A stretch of 64,000 nucleotides of DNA from Utricularia gibba (Eukaryota > Plantae > Magnoliophyta): NCBI GenBank assembly GCA_002189035.1, contig NEEC01000014.1, positions 2,232,001 through 2,296,000 of the forward strand, given 5' to 3'. Shown here piece by piece: positions 13,723 to 30,967 of this stretch. Numbering within the stretch: position 1 is the first letter of the stretch; the number at the start of each line of letters is the position of its first letter. Under the pieces are notes generated by a model. The model saw only the letters and a program-made list of their open reading frames with translations, searched no databases and was not told where the DNA came from. The translations under genes and the position numbers were made by a program.

Positions 13723-15769
13723 CTATCTCTCGTTGCTGAACCAATCCCCATCTCCATCTCCAGAAATCCGTCTGGAGCCAATGTTTCCAGGAACGGACCA
13801 GAACTTGATCACGTCACCGGACAAAATCTTGTCGACTTTACGATTCACCTGAGCCGTGAATCCAGAATTTGCGTTTGCGGGACTGAGTGTACTTGGGCTG
13901 CTGGGGAACAGGGGGGAGGAACAGAATGTTGGAGTGGCAAATGGAGATGTGTAAGGCGTGTGTTGGATTGAGAATGAGCTTGGAGACATCCTCTTTTGCA
14001 CAGGCATCCCACCGAAGCCTCCGCCTCGATTGAAAATAGGCACGGCCTCTGCCCCAGGGCATTGCTTGATTGCATCATCTGCGTACAGAACATCATCAAT
14101 TCTAGCAATTATGTTGAATGCCAAGCTCTCCAGCACCCTCGAGTAACTCTCCAGTATCGCATGGCCAACATCCTGCAAAGCCGAAACCTCCTTGTTCACG
14201 TGAAGATACAAATGAAAAGAAGAAGGTATCAGAATCGAATAAAATCACCTTGTTGTATTGAATTTTGCTCATGTCCAATGCAGTTTGTGGGAGTCCGGGG
14301 AATTGACGTCTAAGGCTCTGAAAAAGGCTCTCAGCTCGATTAGCCAGAAACTTGTTCCTTCCTCCATCGGCTACAAGTCCCATGACCTTACCACCCCAAG
14401 CCTTCCTCTTAGATTTCTTATCACCTGGGATTTTCTTTCTGTCTTTGAGGTTCCAAACATGGACAGCAGCTTCAATCCTGTTAGCTATATCCAGTGTATA
14501 ATGTTCCGACGAGAAGTCGAGACCGCCAAGAACTCTTTCTGGCGAGAACTGATCCGCAGTTACGAAGCCATAGATCACATCACCCAGACAGTCTCTTCCA
14601 TTCTGCAGAGGAGACCGGATTAAAGCACAGCTGGAGATAAGCTACAGAGAATTGAGTTCCCGGAATCACCTTTGGTAGTGCATCAATATAAGCATCAGGG
14701 GTCTCCATCTCAGCGAGCACATTGCTGTTTATGGCCATCGCTGCCTTCAGTATTTGGTTGGTGCAATCCTTGGACTGCTGCAAGCTCCTTCTTGAATCCC
14801 CAGACAACCCCTTTCTTGGAACGTTAGGGCATGGAAGCCACCACTTCTCTTCCTGTCTAACCGAAACCCGCCCACTAACAACCGACGAAGAAAGCTGCTT
14901 GCCGTCGTAATTGTCCATCACTATTCCTTGTTCAACGTACCAAAACTCCGTGTCTTGAAACCCATCAAGAATGCTGATCAACATCGCGTCGAGCTTCTTC
15001 AACGCCGGCAAATTCAGATGCAAATCGGGACGTGGCCTTGTTACCATCACTTCGTACGCGCCTCCACCTTCAGGTAGGCGGTGCAGTGAAGGAACCAGTT
15101 CCACGATTGAATCACAGACAGAGAGCAGCCATTCCATCTCTCTGCTCCACATTTCCTTCTTCTGCGCAGCCACTGGCTCCAGCCTCCAAATCTCCCCAAA
15201 TATTGATGCTGCAGTACCGTAACCTTGGAGGTATGAGACTTGAAAGTCTCGGGTTCGGATCCCGATCTAAACTTGAGGCATGAGAACAAGTACCTGACAA
15301 ATTGGTTATAGCATTTGAAATCGCGAGTGCCGTACAGACTCCTCTTCCACAACCGGACATGTCTTCGCCAAGCAGCAGCTTCGCAAACCTCGCCTTCATC
15401 ATATCGATCTCTGCAGATGAAAGTAAAAAAAAGGAAAAAAAGGAAAACTGAGGTTTGGAGTATACTTCAACATTCAGGGGTAAGATGTGCAGCGGGATGA
15501 AACGAAATCGCAAAACCTGACAAACCGGATCGACGCTTGGGTTTAGTATCCCAAGAAACGACATCTTTGCCTCCGACAAGAGGGAGAGTAAAAGTTGGAG
15601 TTACCGCGGCAGAATTACCCGCGGCGAATCGGGAAAATGCCGCGGCGCTGGAAGCGGCGTCTACATCGGCGTTCGAGCTTTCCGATTCACTGACGTCGGC
15701 GCTGGGACTGTAACTCCCATACCTCCCCTCGCTCCCTTCTTCTTCTTCCTCCGAATAAACACTCCCCAT
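13723..15769 (-). CDS. ROPGEF1: Rop guanine nucleotide exchange factor (PRONE domain), RopGEF1-like
   Basis: [12 protein letters not shown]...[14 protein letters not shown]; [17 protein letters not shown]...[14 protein letters not shown]; [12 protein letters not shown]; EEKWWLPCP; [27 protein letters not shown]. Confidence 0.95.
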
Positions 15770-16398
15770 AGGTGAAAATCTCACACCAAGGCAGCGAATC
15801 GTGAGATCTCCAGAATCATTTCCGGTAAAAAAAAAAAAAAAACTCTGGTCGGGGTGATGGTGGTGGTGGTGGTGGTAGTAGCTGAGAAGGATGTGAAAAG
15901 AGGAGGGTGAAATGAGATGTGTGTGCTGTAACGGAAAGCAGCAAAACCAAAGAGAGAAGCAAGGAAGGGGAAGGGTATTCGGGTATGCCCGCAGTTTGGA
16001 AAGAAACGACAAAAGGCTTTTTACGGTCTTGCCTTAAACGGCGTAGCCTATTCCCAGCCGGCCAGCCCTACTCCAGCTGCCCCCTCCGGTGAAATGCTGC
16101 AGCAAAAAAAACCGAATCCCCACCCTCATATATTTCCAAATATAGTACTAGTACGAGTCATTAATTTAGTAAATGTTTAATTATAATATAATTATAAATA
16201 TATTCGAGAATAACAACGTGAATACGTGATTAATATGAAAATAATTATCCTTTTTTATTTGTGTATATCAATAATATATTCAAAAAATAATAAAATGATA
16301 AATATAATTATATAGTAATAGCATACACTTATTAATTAATCAAATAATTATTTACGTGTAAATTTGAGTATGAATATTATAGTATGCAAAACAATGGT

Positions 16399-16672
16399 GG
16401 TGTGGTGTGGTGTGGTGTGCAGGAAAACTGGAGTGGGACAGGGACAAGAGTTGGGATACTGAATCCCAAGTATAGTATTTTATTGATGGATCAGCAGCTG
16501 TACGTACCAAAAAACGACTTAAATGTCATTTTCTGGGTATTAATTATTCTCGTGGCGTCATTATTCGGAATGGTTAGCTCGCATGGTCATGGAAATTAAA
16601 CAGGAACAGCCTACCCCTGTGGGGACTCGACGTGGACGCCAACCCAACCCAACCCAACCCAACCCCAACCCG
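16399..16672. repeat. Two pentanucleotide microsatellites: (GGTGT)4 at 16399-16418 and (AACCC)4 plus degenerate units at 16639-16672
   Basis: Read directly. Confidence 0.85.
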
Positions 16673-16693
16673 TCCGGCTGGCCGAGAAAGTGA

Positions 16694-16713
16694 GTGGGAC
16701 CCCCTGGTCCCAC
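16694..16713. promoter_or_regulatory. Perfect inverted pair of class I TCP-type sites, GTGGGACC-ccct-GGTCCCAC
   Basis: 8-bp perfect inverted repeat; each arm fits GGNCCCAC. Function is inferred. Confidence 0.5.
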
Positions 16714-17906
16714 AACTAGGTCGGCCGGCCTGCTGACTATGTTTTTCATTTTTAATTATTATTATATGGGGTGAGGGGAGGGAACAACACGTGTCGCACA
16801 GTAAATGGGTGGTGGTTCCCTTGCCCTCCCCTATTATCCTAGCCTGGCCTGGCCTGCCCATCCCATTGTTTGATTTTCAAAATTCAATTTTTTTATGCCC
16901 CCGAAAATACCAACCTTGGTTCTTAGAATTGGCATTACGTGGCATACAAATAAATGGATGAAAATGCAATGTTTTAACCAAAGAATGATATTAATTCGAA
17001 TAAAAAAAGAGTAAATATGTGGAACTCTTCAACCATTGTGAAGAGTTTTTTATTAAAAATGATATTTGTTATTATGAACCCAATCACTTGTGTTTACAAA
17101 ATTCACCCTTCAGTGGGTAAAAAAATATATTATTCGCAAAGGGGCAGGGGCAGGGGCAGGCACGATTCTTCAATAGGGGCGGGGACGATGTTTAGGGTGG
17201 GGGGCGGGGGTGTTTTAGTCTTTTCATCCGAAATCAAACCCCCACCCATCCATCCTCAACATTCAACAGCTCGTGCATTCATTGCCCTTTTTATTTCAGA
17301 GGCCTTAAATCACATCACGGACCCCACTTTTATTTATTAACATATCCGTTTTTTTACTTTTAAAAATAAATTATCCCGACTACTCACTCGCTAAATTTAA
17401 TGAATAGAGCACAAAAGAGCATCTGGTGCTGGGCCTTGTCGTGGTGGGCCTGACAAGCTCAATTTCAAGGCCTCTCGTAGTAGCCTCCCTATCCAAAAAT
17501 GGGCTTGCTGGGGATGACACCCTTTTTGGGCTTTAAATGCCTTGGTTTTTTCAAATTTTTAAAATTTTTCCGTTGGATAAAAAATATTATTTTTTATTTA
17601 GGGGAATTCTCCTATGTGGATCTATTTAAAATAAATAGATATAATTTTCGAGATGGAATAAAAGAAAAGAAATAGTTTTAGATTCTGTGACGCAGTGGGA
17701 ATTAATGCTGCTATTCAACTACGTTGTCGTTATTAAATTGCTGGATTTGGGTATCCCAAGCATTCAACGGTTCAGATTCATTGCGTCTGCATCCAACGGT
17801 TCAGGGTTTTTCATAAAAGGCATTTAATGGAAGGGGAGATTTGTCTCTTGTGATTGTTTCCGCAAGTCTGAAGCAGCTCACCCTGAGAAGGGCGATGGGA
17901 GTTGGT

Positions 17907-19146
17907 ATGCACGCCAAGTCGGACTCCGACGTTACTAGCGTCGACGCCGTGTCGCCACCGCGTTCTCCACGGCGGCCTCTCTACTTTGTTCAGAGCCCTG
18001 CGCATTCTCATCAGGATCTCGAGAAAATGTCTTTTGGTTCCAGTCCTTTCGGCTCCCCTGCTCACCATTTCCAGTATCATTCATCGCCTATTCACCATTC
18101 TCGCGAATCTTCAACGTCCAGATTCTCAGTGTCGCTGAAGAACGGCGGGTGGCGCCGGATTCAGAAAAAGTTTAATGAGGGAGTGATGGAAGAGGAGGAA
18201 GATGGAGATGGTGGGAGTGAAGGTGGGGAGGCGATGGTGGGCAAGTTAGGTTTTATGTCATTTGCTTTCTGCTCTCGTTTGTGCTTCTCTTTACGCTCTT
18301 CTCTTTGATTCTTTGGGCTTCAAGTTTCGCCTACAAACCAAGGATTTTCGTCAAGGTTAGTCCAAGAGATTTTTATTCCACCCCTGCTTTTTTCTTCGTT
18401 AAAGATTCCTCCTTTTTTGCAACGTTCCCTTGAAGAAAATTTGAATGTTAGCGTGCCATTGGTGATGGGTCCGCGGCTTTAACTAAAGCCTGCAACTGCA
18501 CCAGCCCAGCGCTCTCTCTTCTCTTTGTTCTCTGAATCAGTCTGCTAAAAAAGCTGTTTTTGTTTGACCTTGACGTTGGTGGGTGGCTCTGCGCAGAGCT
18601 TTTTGTTCGAGAGCTTCAATGTCCAAGCGGGAATGGACGCCACTGGTGTACCAACGGACATGCTATCTCTGAATTCAACGATTAGGATCTCTTACTCCAA
18701 TCCATCCACTTTCTTCGGCGTCCACGTAACCTCCACCCCTCTTCTTCTCCATTTCTTTGACCGCGAACTCGCCTCCGGCCAGGTATGCCAGCGACCCATT
18801 TGTATGTTCTGTTTCTCGCCATTCTTGTAATCGCATCCTGAGTGTAATTTGTGTTTAGCAGATGACGAGGTTTTACCAGTCAAGACGGAGCATGAGGAAA
18901 GTGGTTGTAGTCGTGGAGGGACACCAGGTGCCGCTCTACGGCGGCATTCCGTTACTTAACGGCGCTAAACAAAACGTGGCAGTGCCTCTGAATCTGACGT
19001 TCAGGATTCGATCACGAGCTTACATTTTGGGAAGGCTTGTGAAGCCCAAATTCTACAGAAACATCTTATGCAGCGTTACTCTACGCGGAAACCATCTTGG
19101 CAAACCTCTGAATCTTACAAGAACGCGTTCCTGCGTCTACGATTAG
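17907..19146 (+). CDS. LEA_2 / NDR1-HIN1-like membrane protein, 3 exons, apparent frameshift in exon 1
   Basis: MHAKSDSDVTS...RRPLYFVQSP...HHSRESSTSRFS; transmembrane segment FYVICFLLSFVLLFTLFSLILWAS; GMDATGVPTDMLSLNSTIRISYSNPSTFFGVHV; RSRAYILGRLVKPKFY. Frame break at 18225-18228. Confidence 0.9.
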
Positions 19147-19608
19147 TATTACGCGTTGTATAGCTGTAAGAATTGGCCCTGTAAGAAATTGTGTCAGCCC
19201 CATCGATTCAAACAATCTAATTCTTGAAGTTTCCACAAATCTTCTTAATGGATTTTCACTGCATACGGAAGAAGATTCCAGGTGTCATGGCATCAGTGAC
19301 ACCCGTGACAACGATTAAATGGAAAGAAAAATGGCCGAAGTATCTTTCGTTGTCTTTTTCTTGTGACCTACTGTCTAGATCCAGTATGTGAAAGGAGGAT
19401 TCAGGACAGAGATGGACCAATTTATGTGGTCTTTCTGAAGAGAAATAGCCAACTCAGTGAAGGGAAACTGTAAAAAATTCATTCTTCATGGAATTTAGGA
19501 ACAGTGCCCGTATACCTAATTTAAACGGCCAAGCATTTGTGGGGATGGATATACAGAAAGACCTTATCCAATAAAAACCAGAAATCCCGGAAAAGCATTT
19601 ACGAGAAT

Positions 19609-24124
<4,516 letters not shown>

Positions 24125-24324
24125 AGATTTCATGGCACCGGTTGAATCCAAAATATAGTATTTGGTTGTAAACAAAGGAGTATAGGAAATACAGCCATAG
24201 TTTGATGCCAAGTACAGAAAATTCATTGTCCGAAATAATAGCTGATTCATTATACAAAGGGATGAAACAAGATGTTCATCTGAAACAAACATGTCATTTT
24301 ACAGAGACTTCAGATTGAAACAGA

Positions 24325-25580
24325 CTACTCACTTTTCCTGAACAAGCTTCTCTTCATCCTGCTGTAGGGGCCAATTGTCCTGTCCGTGATGTACATAAAG
24401 ATCACCTGGCTCCAAGATCTGTATGAATGCAAGTTGTCATAGAACTCTGGTGCAATTTCCTTCACCTTATGAAGCTTACTCCCGGGAATTCTAGGGAAAT
24501 CATGATGTTCATTATGGTAACCTACATTCCATGTAACAAGATTGAGAGGACCATAGTAAGAATACGTCTCTTGATCCGGGTTGAACACGTAGTGTTCTGA
24601 GATAAAATGACCAGCCATTGGGTGCATCCCTCCCCAACAAAGGTTGACAGAATCAGATAACACAAAGATTTCCAGCCCCAAAAGTACACAAGGGCTGCAT
24701 CAAGAGAGAGCTGGATGGTGAAATTAAACAATTCCCACAAACAATGAGGCTTTGGCTTAAGAAAGATGGGCCTAAAAGCATAGAAGAACAACTGTAAAAT
24801 AACCCATATTGATTTTGTAACAACATTTGTAACAGCTTTGGTTTCAGCAAAACTAGGTATGTCCATGTCAACTCCATCGACTCCTTGAAATCGATGGTGT
24901 TCGAGATGGTACTTCTGAAATGTGATTGACATGGGCACCCCAATGGGAAGGTTTGCAAAAACTCCTAGCAACTTGTTATACACTGGGTTTGAGAAGGCCA
25001 GGTTGTGACTAAGTTCATGAATGGCAAGGAACAGATTGTGATTCAGAAAAGAGCCGAAGAAATAGGACAATATTAGCATCTTTGAAAAGGAAGTGTTGTG
25101 GGCTAGAGTCGCTGTCCATAGCTGAAGCAGCACCACCACGGCAATCTGCAATATGAGTCCCAAAATCAACACAAAAGAGCAGCAATAAGAAGACTAAACC
25201 GTTTTTCACATAGATTCACTATTTCAATTCTACCACCATCCGACATTAACGAAAGAACTGAAAGTCAAAACTTTTCCCAAGGCACATTGGATCCACATCC
25301 ACTATTTTTCTTCCGTCCCTTGTTGAAATCAAAGTACATTTTTGCGAAAAACCTAGAAAAATATGAATGCCCTGAATACCTAATGCAAAATGTGCTACCC
25401 GGAAATCAACCACGCTTGAAATCTCCAGGAAAACAGTACGTTAAAGATGTATACCTTTGGGAAAGAAGATGGGTCAGGACCAAACAGTTCTCTGATTTGA
25501 GGATACTGAGAAAGGATCTGCTTTCTTCGAGAGGCATGAGGCTCATCAGTGTATGACCAGAAAAAATCCGTCCCCATCAT
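24325..25580 (-). CDS. Sphingolipid delta(4)-desaturase DES1-like, 2 exons, apparent frameshift at 24632-24635
   Basis: TDFFWSYTDEPHASRRKQIL; His boxes HELSH, HLEHH and HNEHH; the conserved STFVG-GGMHPMAGHF is split across two frames. Confidence 0.95.
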
Positions 25581-26207
25581 CTCCTCTCTGCCTCTCCTTC
25601 CCCGCTTGCTTTTGACCTTCCTTTTCTCACTGATTTACCGGTGGCTGTGCTGTATTATTCGGGCCTCCCGTCCGAACATGTACTTTATTTACCAAATTTT
25701 CTTATTTATTTGTACTTTTATAGTAATATCTTATTTTACCAAATTATTGTTGATATAATTCGCATATAAAAAAGTATTTCAATGATAGAGTAAAATTTTT
25801 AAGTCAAATATAAATGTATCATGTAAATTTATTTTCATAAAAAACGATATACACATTGCAATATTTATTAAATATAAATGTATTTAGAAATAGATGAATT
25901 GCATTTCACAAATCCAACAAAAATTCAGCAATTATGAAATATAAAACAAAATTATGTAAATGATATTTCATAAAATTCCACAAAAAGTAATTCATAGTTA
26001 TCATTTTTTTTATTTTTAATTAGTTTTTATCCTAAATATAAAAAATGCATAATTTTTTAAAAAATTTCCTTTTTGTATTATCATAAACATGTTATTATTT
26101 ATTTTATTTTTATTGTCTTCTTTTGGGAAATTAGGGTTCATGGATTAGAAAAAAAAAAAAAAGAAAACTGAGGAACAGAAGGATTGCCTGGGAGACTTCA
26201 CTTTGTG

Positions 26208-29200
26208 ATGGGGGCCGGTGGGGAACTCCCCAAGACCTTGATGTTGCTGCTCCGGATGAACAGACAAGTGAAAATCCAGGGAATGTTGAGTCGTGTGAAT
26301 CCGTAGAGGTTCGGATTGAAGCTAAAACCGTCTTGCAGGCAACAGCAAATGTGGTTAATGATCGTCCTGGGCAGCCGGACTCTACCGCTGTTTCTGCTAA
26401 TTCCGAGGTACCTGACATCGGAGGGACGAGTAATGTAGATGCTTCCGATGCTAATGGGACTTTGGAGGCTCGAGCGGAAAGTGAAAAGGTTAATGGGGAA
26501 TTTAGGGATTCGGTGGAGGGCGTCCCTGCCACCGAGAAGCCTGCCAGGGAAAATCAAATTCAAAACAATACGGTGCCAATGATGGATACTCCAGAGGAGG
26601 GACCAGAAGAGAAGATGCAAGAAACAGGGGATGCTGCTAAAAATGAGGGAACTGAGTTAGCAGTCACAACGGAAGCAGACGTGCAGCTGGAAAATGACAA
26701 GGAATTGAAGAAAGAACCTGATATGAAATCTAAATGCTTTTTGTTGGATCCCACTGATATTTCTGGGAATGAATCCGGAACGGAGGAGGACCAGGATACA
26801 TTTATGAAGGAGCTTGAAACTTTTCATAGAGAAAAATTTTTGGATTTCAAGCCTCCAAAGTTTTATCAAGAGCCGCTGAATTGTCTCAAGTAATTGCTAT
26901 TTTACATGTCCTTTTTATGATTTGTTTTCCTTGCTTTCTGTCTCAGTTATTCTTTCCAAAACAGATTGTGGAGAGCAGTGGTAAAACTTGGCGGTTATGA
27001 ACGGGTGCATTCTCTTTCCCACACCACAGTTTATTCATAATCCACTTTTTTTTTGAGAGTGTAGCTTTGATGAATTATGAGTGCTCATTTATGCTGATTG
27101 TGTACTAATGAAAAGTTCCTGTGATTTTATCATTTATAGCTGAAATGATCATGGATAGTGGCAGATGTTACTTCAAAAGTGCATTACTTTAAAATTGTTC
27201 ATCACATTACATTTGCATCGTCACTTCAGATCTATTATACTTTCTTAGCGTAGTATCATGGTTAACACTTGATTATTATTTTAGGGGTTCCTTCAAAATT
27301 GTGTGTAAGAACGGCTCTTTAGGGGGATCAATGGCTCAAAACGTTTTCATTGTATGCATGACTAATTCATTGTTCCTATTCTGCATCTGTCATGTAGCCA
27401 AGAGTTATGCTGGTTGAAACATCAAACCTATGATTATAGTGTTTCTATTTTGTTTAGTGTTGAACTGGCACTGTTGTACATTATGAAATGCATTCGTTTT
27501 TATTTTGTTGTCCAGGTTACTTCTCTGAAGCTATGGCGGCAAGTAGGGGAGTCTTTTCATCCACCAAAGTGAGTATTCTTGCCATGATTTGGTATACATG
27601 CCACAGCTCTATATAGGCTTGTGCAAGAGCTGTGGTTCTCTAACATAGAGAATTTTTTTTTTTTTCATATTTTTATGATATGCATATTGTTTTCTGCTCA
27701 TTAATCTGTATTTTGGTGCTCGCTCATTGTTGTGTTACCTTGAATAGGACCTGTACTACAGTCTCTTGGACATTTCGAGGTTTCTATGAAAAGGTCGTTC
27801 TCCTTTTCTGTTGAGTGATTCTAATTATTATATGAAAGAGAAAAAAAAATGTTTATTGCTAATCTAGGCACGTTCTATGTGAGGATGCAACCCTGACTCT
27901 TAAACTTTTCAGGCGCTCTTGGAGTATGAGAAGCACAAAATGCGTTCTGGTGAATTGCCATTCAATGATGCATCTCTTTCAGACCCCATTTCTGGAACTC
28001 AGGTACTTTTTCAACTTTTGAGTAATGCCTCCTCCCATGAATTCTTCATTGTTGGTGTTTTAATTCAAGTTAATAAGATAACCTTGAACCATATGGTCAG
28101 GTGAGTTTGGCTCATGCTCCAGGGTCTGGTAGGGCAAGAAGAGATGCAGCTGCTCGTGCCATGCAAGGGTGGCACTCCCAGAGGCGTCTAGGTAATGGGG
28201 AAGTTGGGGATACCATTGTCAAGGTAAAAATTATGGGTTTTTGTACAGTATATCATTTGTTTAGTTGTTTCTTCTCTAGAGTGTGGCATTGCTCTAGAAC
28301 TTTTTCGCCACAGGATCAGAATCCAACCATGATGCCAAAGCGTGAAAAGCAATTGAAAAACATTGGTAAGATTTAAATGCCGTATCTAGTGTTTCCTTAA
28401 TGGAGGATCGAAACATAAATTTTCATGTTTCGCCTCCTGATGAAGGTTTTATGAAGCGCAAGGGATCATCTCATGTTGACCAAGCTTCCAAGAGTGCACG
28501 AGTGTTGCCAAAACCACAGTTAAGCCTTGGTTTTGGCTGCCCTATCTTTTATATATATACCCAACGAACATTCTTTTCAATCACTGCTACTATCTTAATC
28601 TCCTTAACTATAGCTTATACCTCTTGACACTGATATGGTGTTTTTGGCAGCATCACTGTAGTTAGGTTTATATTTCCATCCTATCATGTTACATGAGAAG
28701 TATTTCATACTTCGTGTTATGACAGCTCAGAAATTATGGTTGTGGATCTCGGTATGCCAGCTGACTGGGTGAAAGTCAATGTGCATAGGATGGTAATTCT
28801 TCAAAAATTAGTGACCTTACATGCGCTCCAAACTCTTGCTGACTGCGTTCATTCCTGTGTTCTGTAGAAGGACTGCTATGAAGTATACGCATTAATACCA
28901 GGGCTTCTGCGTGAGGAGGCAAGTGAAGCATTTCATCCTTTCTCGTTGTTTTTGATCACCTACGCATCTACCATTGTAGCTAAAGATCTATCCCGATTTC
29001 CAAAAATTGGCCACAGGTCCATGTGCAAACAGATCCTGCTGGACGCCTGGTGATATCAGGGCAACCTGAGCAACAGGATAATCCATGGGGTGTCACCCCA
29101 TTTAAAAAAGTGGGTGATCTTACTGAAACTCCACCCCATTTATTCTGAGTAGCAACGTTGTGCCAACATACAAACGGCTCAAGTTCTAGAGCCCCCAAAC

Positions 29201-29366
29201 TATGGCCAGCCTCAAAGTGGTCGGATTGTGATCTTCTGGTTTTCATGTGTTTACACAGGTTGTTAGCCTGCCCACAAGAATCGACCCCCATCACACATCA
29301 GCTGTGGCGACACTGAATGGTCAGCTCTTCGTGCGCGTCCCAATGGAAGACTCAACACCCACATGA
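26208..29366 (+). CDS. ARID/BRIGHT DNA-binding protein with C-terminal alpha-crystallin/HSP20-like domain
   Basis: Acidic N-terminus; FKPPKFYQEPLNCLKLWRAVVKLGGYERV; WRQVGESFHPPKTCTTVSWTFRGFYEKALLEYE; C-terminal DWVKVNV...YEVYALIPGLLREEVHVQTDPAGRLVISGQPE...PWGVTPFKKVVSLPTRIDPHHTSAV. The start at 26208 assumes a 1-nt frameshift at 26228-26231. Confidence 0.9.
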
Positions 29367-30029
29367 CCAGAACCAAGGGGTGTTTTCAGGTCGTGCCTTC
29401 TGCGTTTGGAGACACATCTCTCCGAAATGGTCATTTCAACTAGGGATTTGTTGCTAGGGGTGGCCTTGTAGGTTTGTTTATATGCAGTAGCAAGTAGTGA
29501 ACGAATTGTTGTGTTGTAGGTTTTGTTGTCTGGTGTGGGTTGGTTTATTAGGCTGAGCCTCAACGTTTTACGGTTATTCAGAAAGCGGTGCTAATTGATT
29601 AATAAAAAATGTTTCTTTTTTTTTTACGGTTGAAAATATGGATGTGTCTGCAAATGATGATGTACTACCTCTCTTATGTTTAAGCGACATCGACGCGCCA
29701 AAACGCATGACACCTGACTCAGTTCACCCCTTCGTCTCCGGTGGACCGGAGAAACAGACAGACACACTTGACGCTATTACTTTCATATGACCCCTATAAA
29801 GCGGGTGGTATAACCGATTACCACCGCGGCCAACTCTGGCGATAAAACCAAGGGAGAAACCAACCAACAAAACGGAAGGTCACTCCGGCGAAGAGGAAAA
29901 GGCCGTTTAAAACAAGGCCTTCGACTCTCAATGCAACACGAAGTCCCCCTGCTAATACCGGGACTGAACGTATTTTGACCACACACTGAAAATAGGACTC
30001 TCGGAAATCCCTAGTAAAAATTGGGGATT

Positions 30030-30967
30030 TCAGTTGAACTGAGCGCCGACGAAAGTTTGCCCAAAAGACCAGCCGGCCGGTGCGGCGTCGTATGAGAAGA
30101 TGGTCCGCCCGTCGCTGGTGGTAACCTTGAAAGAGAGGCTCTGGCCGTCGAGAAACGAGTTGCTTTGCCAATTCTGGCCCCAATTTCTCGACATCGCCTC
30201 CCACCCGGTCTTCGATCCTTTAATTGAGACGGCGGAGACGTCGCCGGCGCCGCCGACGTTGGTGATGAGGACTAGATTGAAGTAGGAGTGACCATTGATG
30301 GTGAATCTTATCCCGCCCTTTCGCACACACGGAACCCTAGAAATTGGGCAGATTTTAGAAATTACAGAAAAATCAGGGGCCGGGTGAGCAAGTCTTTCAT
30401 TCTCTCAGATCTAATTCGAAACACCGCATCGGAAAATTTAAAAACAAGGCAAATTACCTCCGATAAGCGACAGGGACGATTCCGGCCTCGTACACTGCAA
30501 TGCGCTGGAAAACAGGTTGCGACAAATCGAAGTGTTGAAGAGGAGGATTGCACCAGCCGCCGGCATCGTTGGGTAATGCATTGTTCGGTGGACAGAAATT
30601 AGTTGCCGTCACCACCACAGTCCCCGGGAGACACCACTTATTTTCACCGGCACAGGTGATTTCGTAGCAGGATCCGCAGCTAAGGCCATTGTTGAATAGC
30701 GCCGTACTCAACGCCGCCGTGTCCGTGCCGTACCCCTGGCTGTAAAGATTCCCGTAACCACACGCCCCACCTGTTCGTAAAAAATCCATTTACAAAATGT
30801 TCCAAAAAAGCGCAAATCCACAAAACTCCCTCCCTCGTACCCATCGTTCCGGAGGCGTCACCCCCACCGTAAAACGTAGCATGCGCCGGAACCCAACCTC
30901 CCCCGTCGCCGCGAACATTTGTAGCGAGGACGAGAAAAACGAGGAAGATGAGAGACGAAGATGCCAT
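30030..30967 (-). CDS. EXPA: Alpha-expansin, 3 exons
   Basis: Signal peptide; [29 protein letters not shown]; TATNFCPPN; HFD motif; GIRFTING; [12 protein letters not shown]. Confidence 0.98.

Noticed and set aside
25581-25640. Basic in-frame extension upstream of the desaturase ATG, suggesting a lost start codon
   Set aside because: An in-frame TAA precedes it and N-terminal length varies in this family; the MMGTDFF start is sufficient.
27067-27142. TGATGA...CTGA in the longest ARID intron
   Set aside because: AT-rich guides with no rRNA or snRNA complementarity that I could recognise; expected by chance.
27601-27635. 10-bp perfect hairpin CCACAGCTCT/AGAGCTGTGG in an ARID intron
   Set aside because: Too short for a miRNA precursor; only superficially like miR396.
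29650-29720. Box C/D snoRNA-like pattern (ATGATGA...CTGA) with TGTACTACCTC loosely antisense to an 18S segment
   Set aside because: No D' box after the putative guide, imperfect complementarity, weak terminal stem, and no host intron or cluster context.
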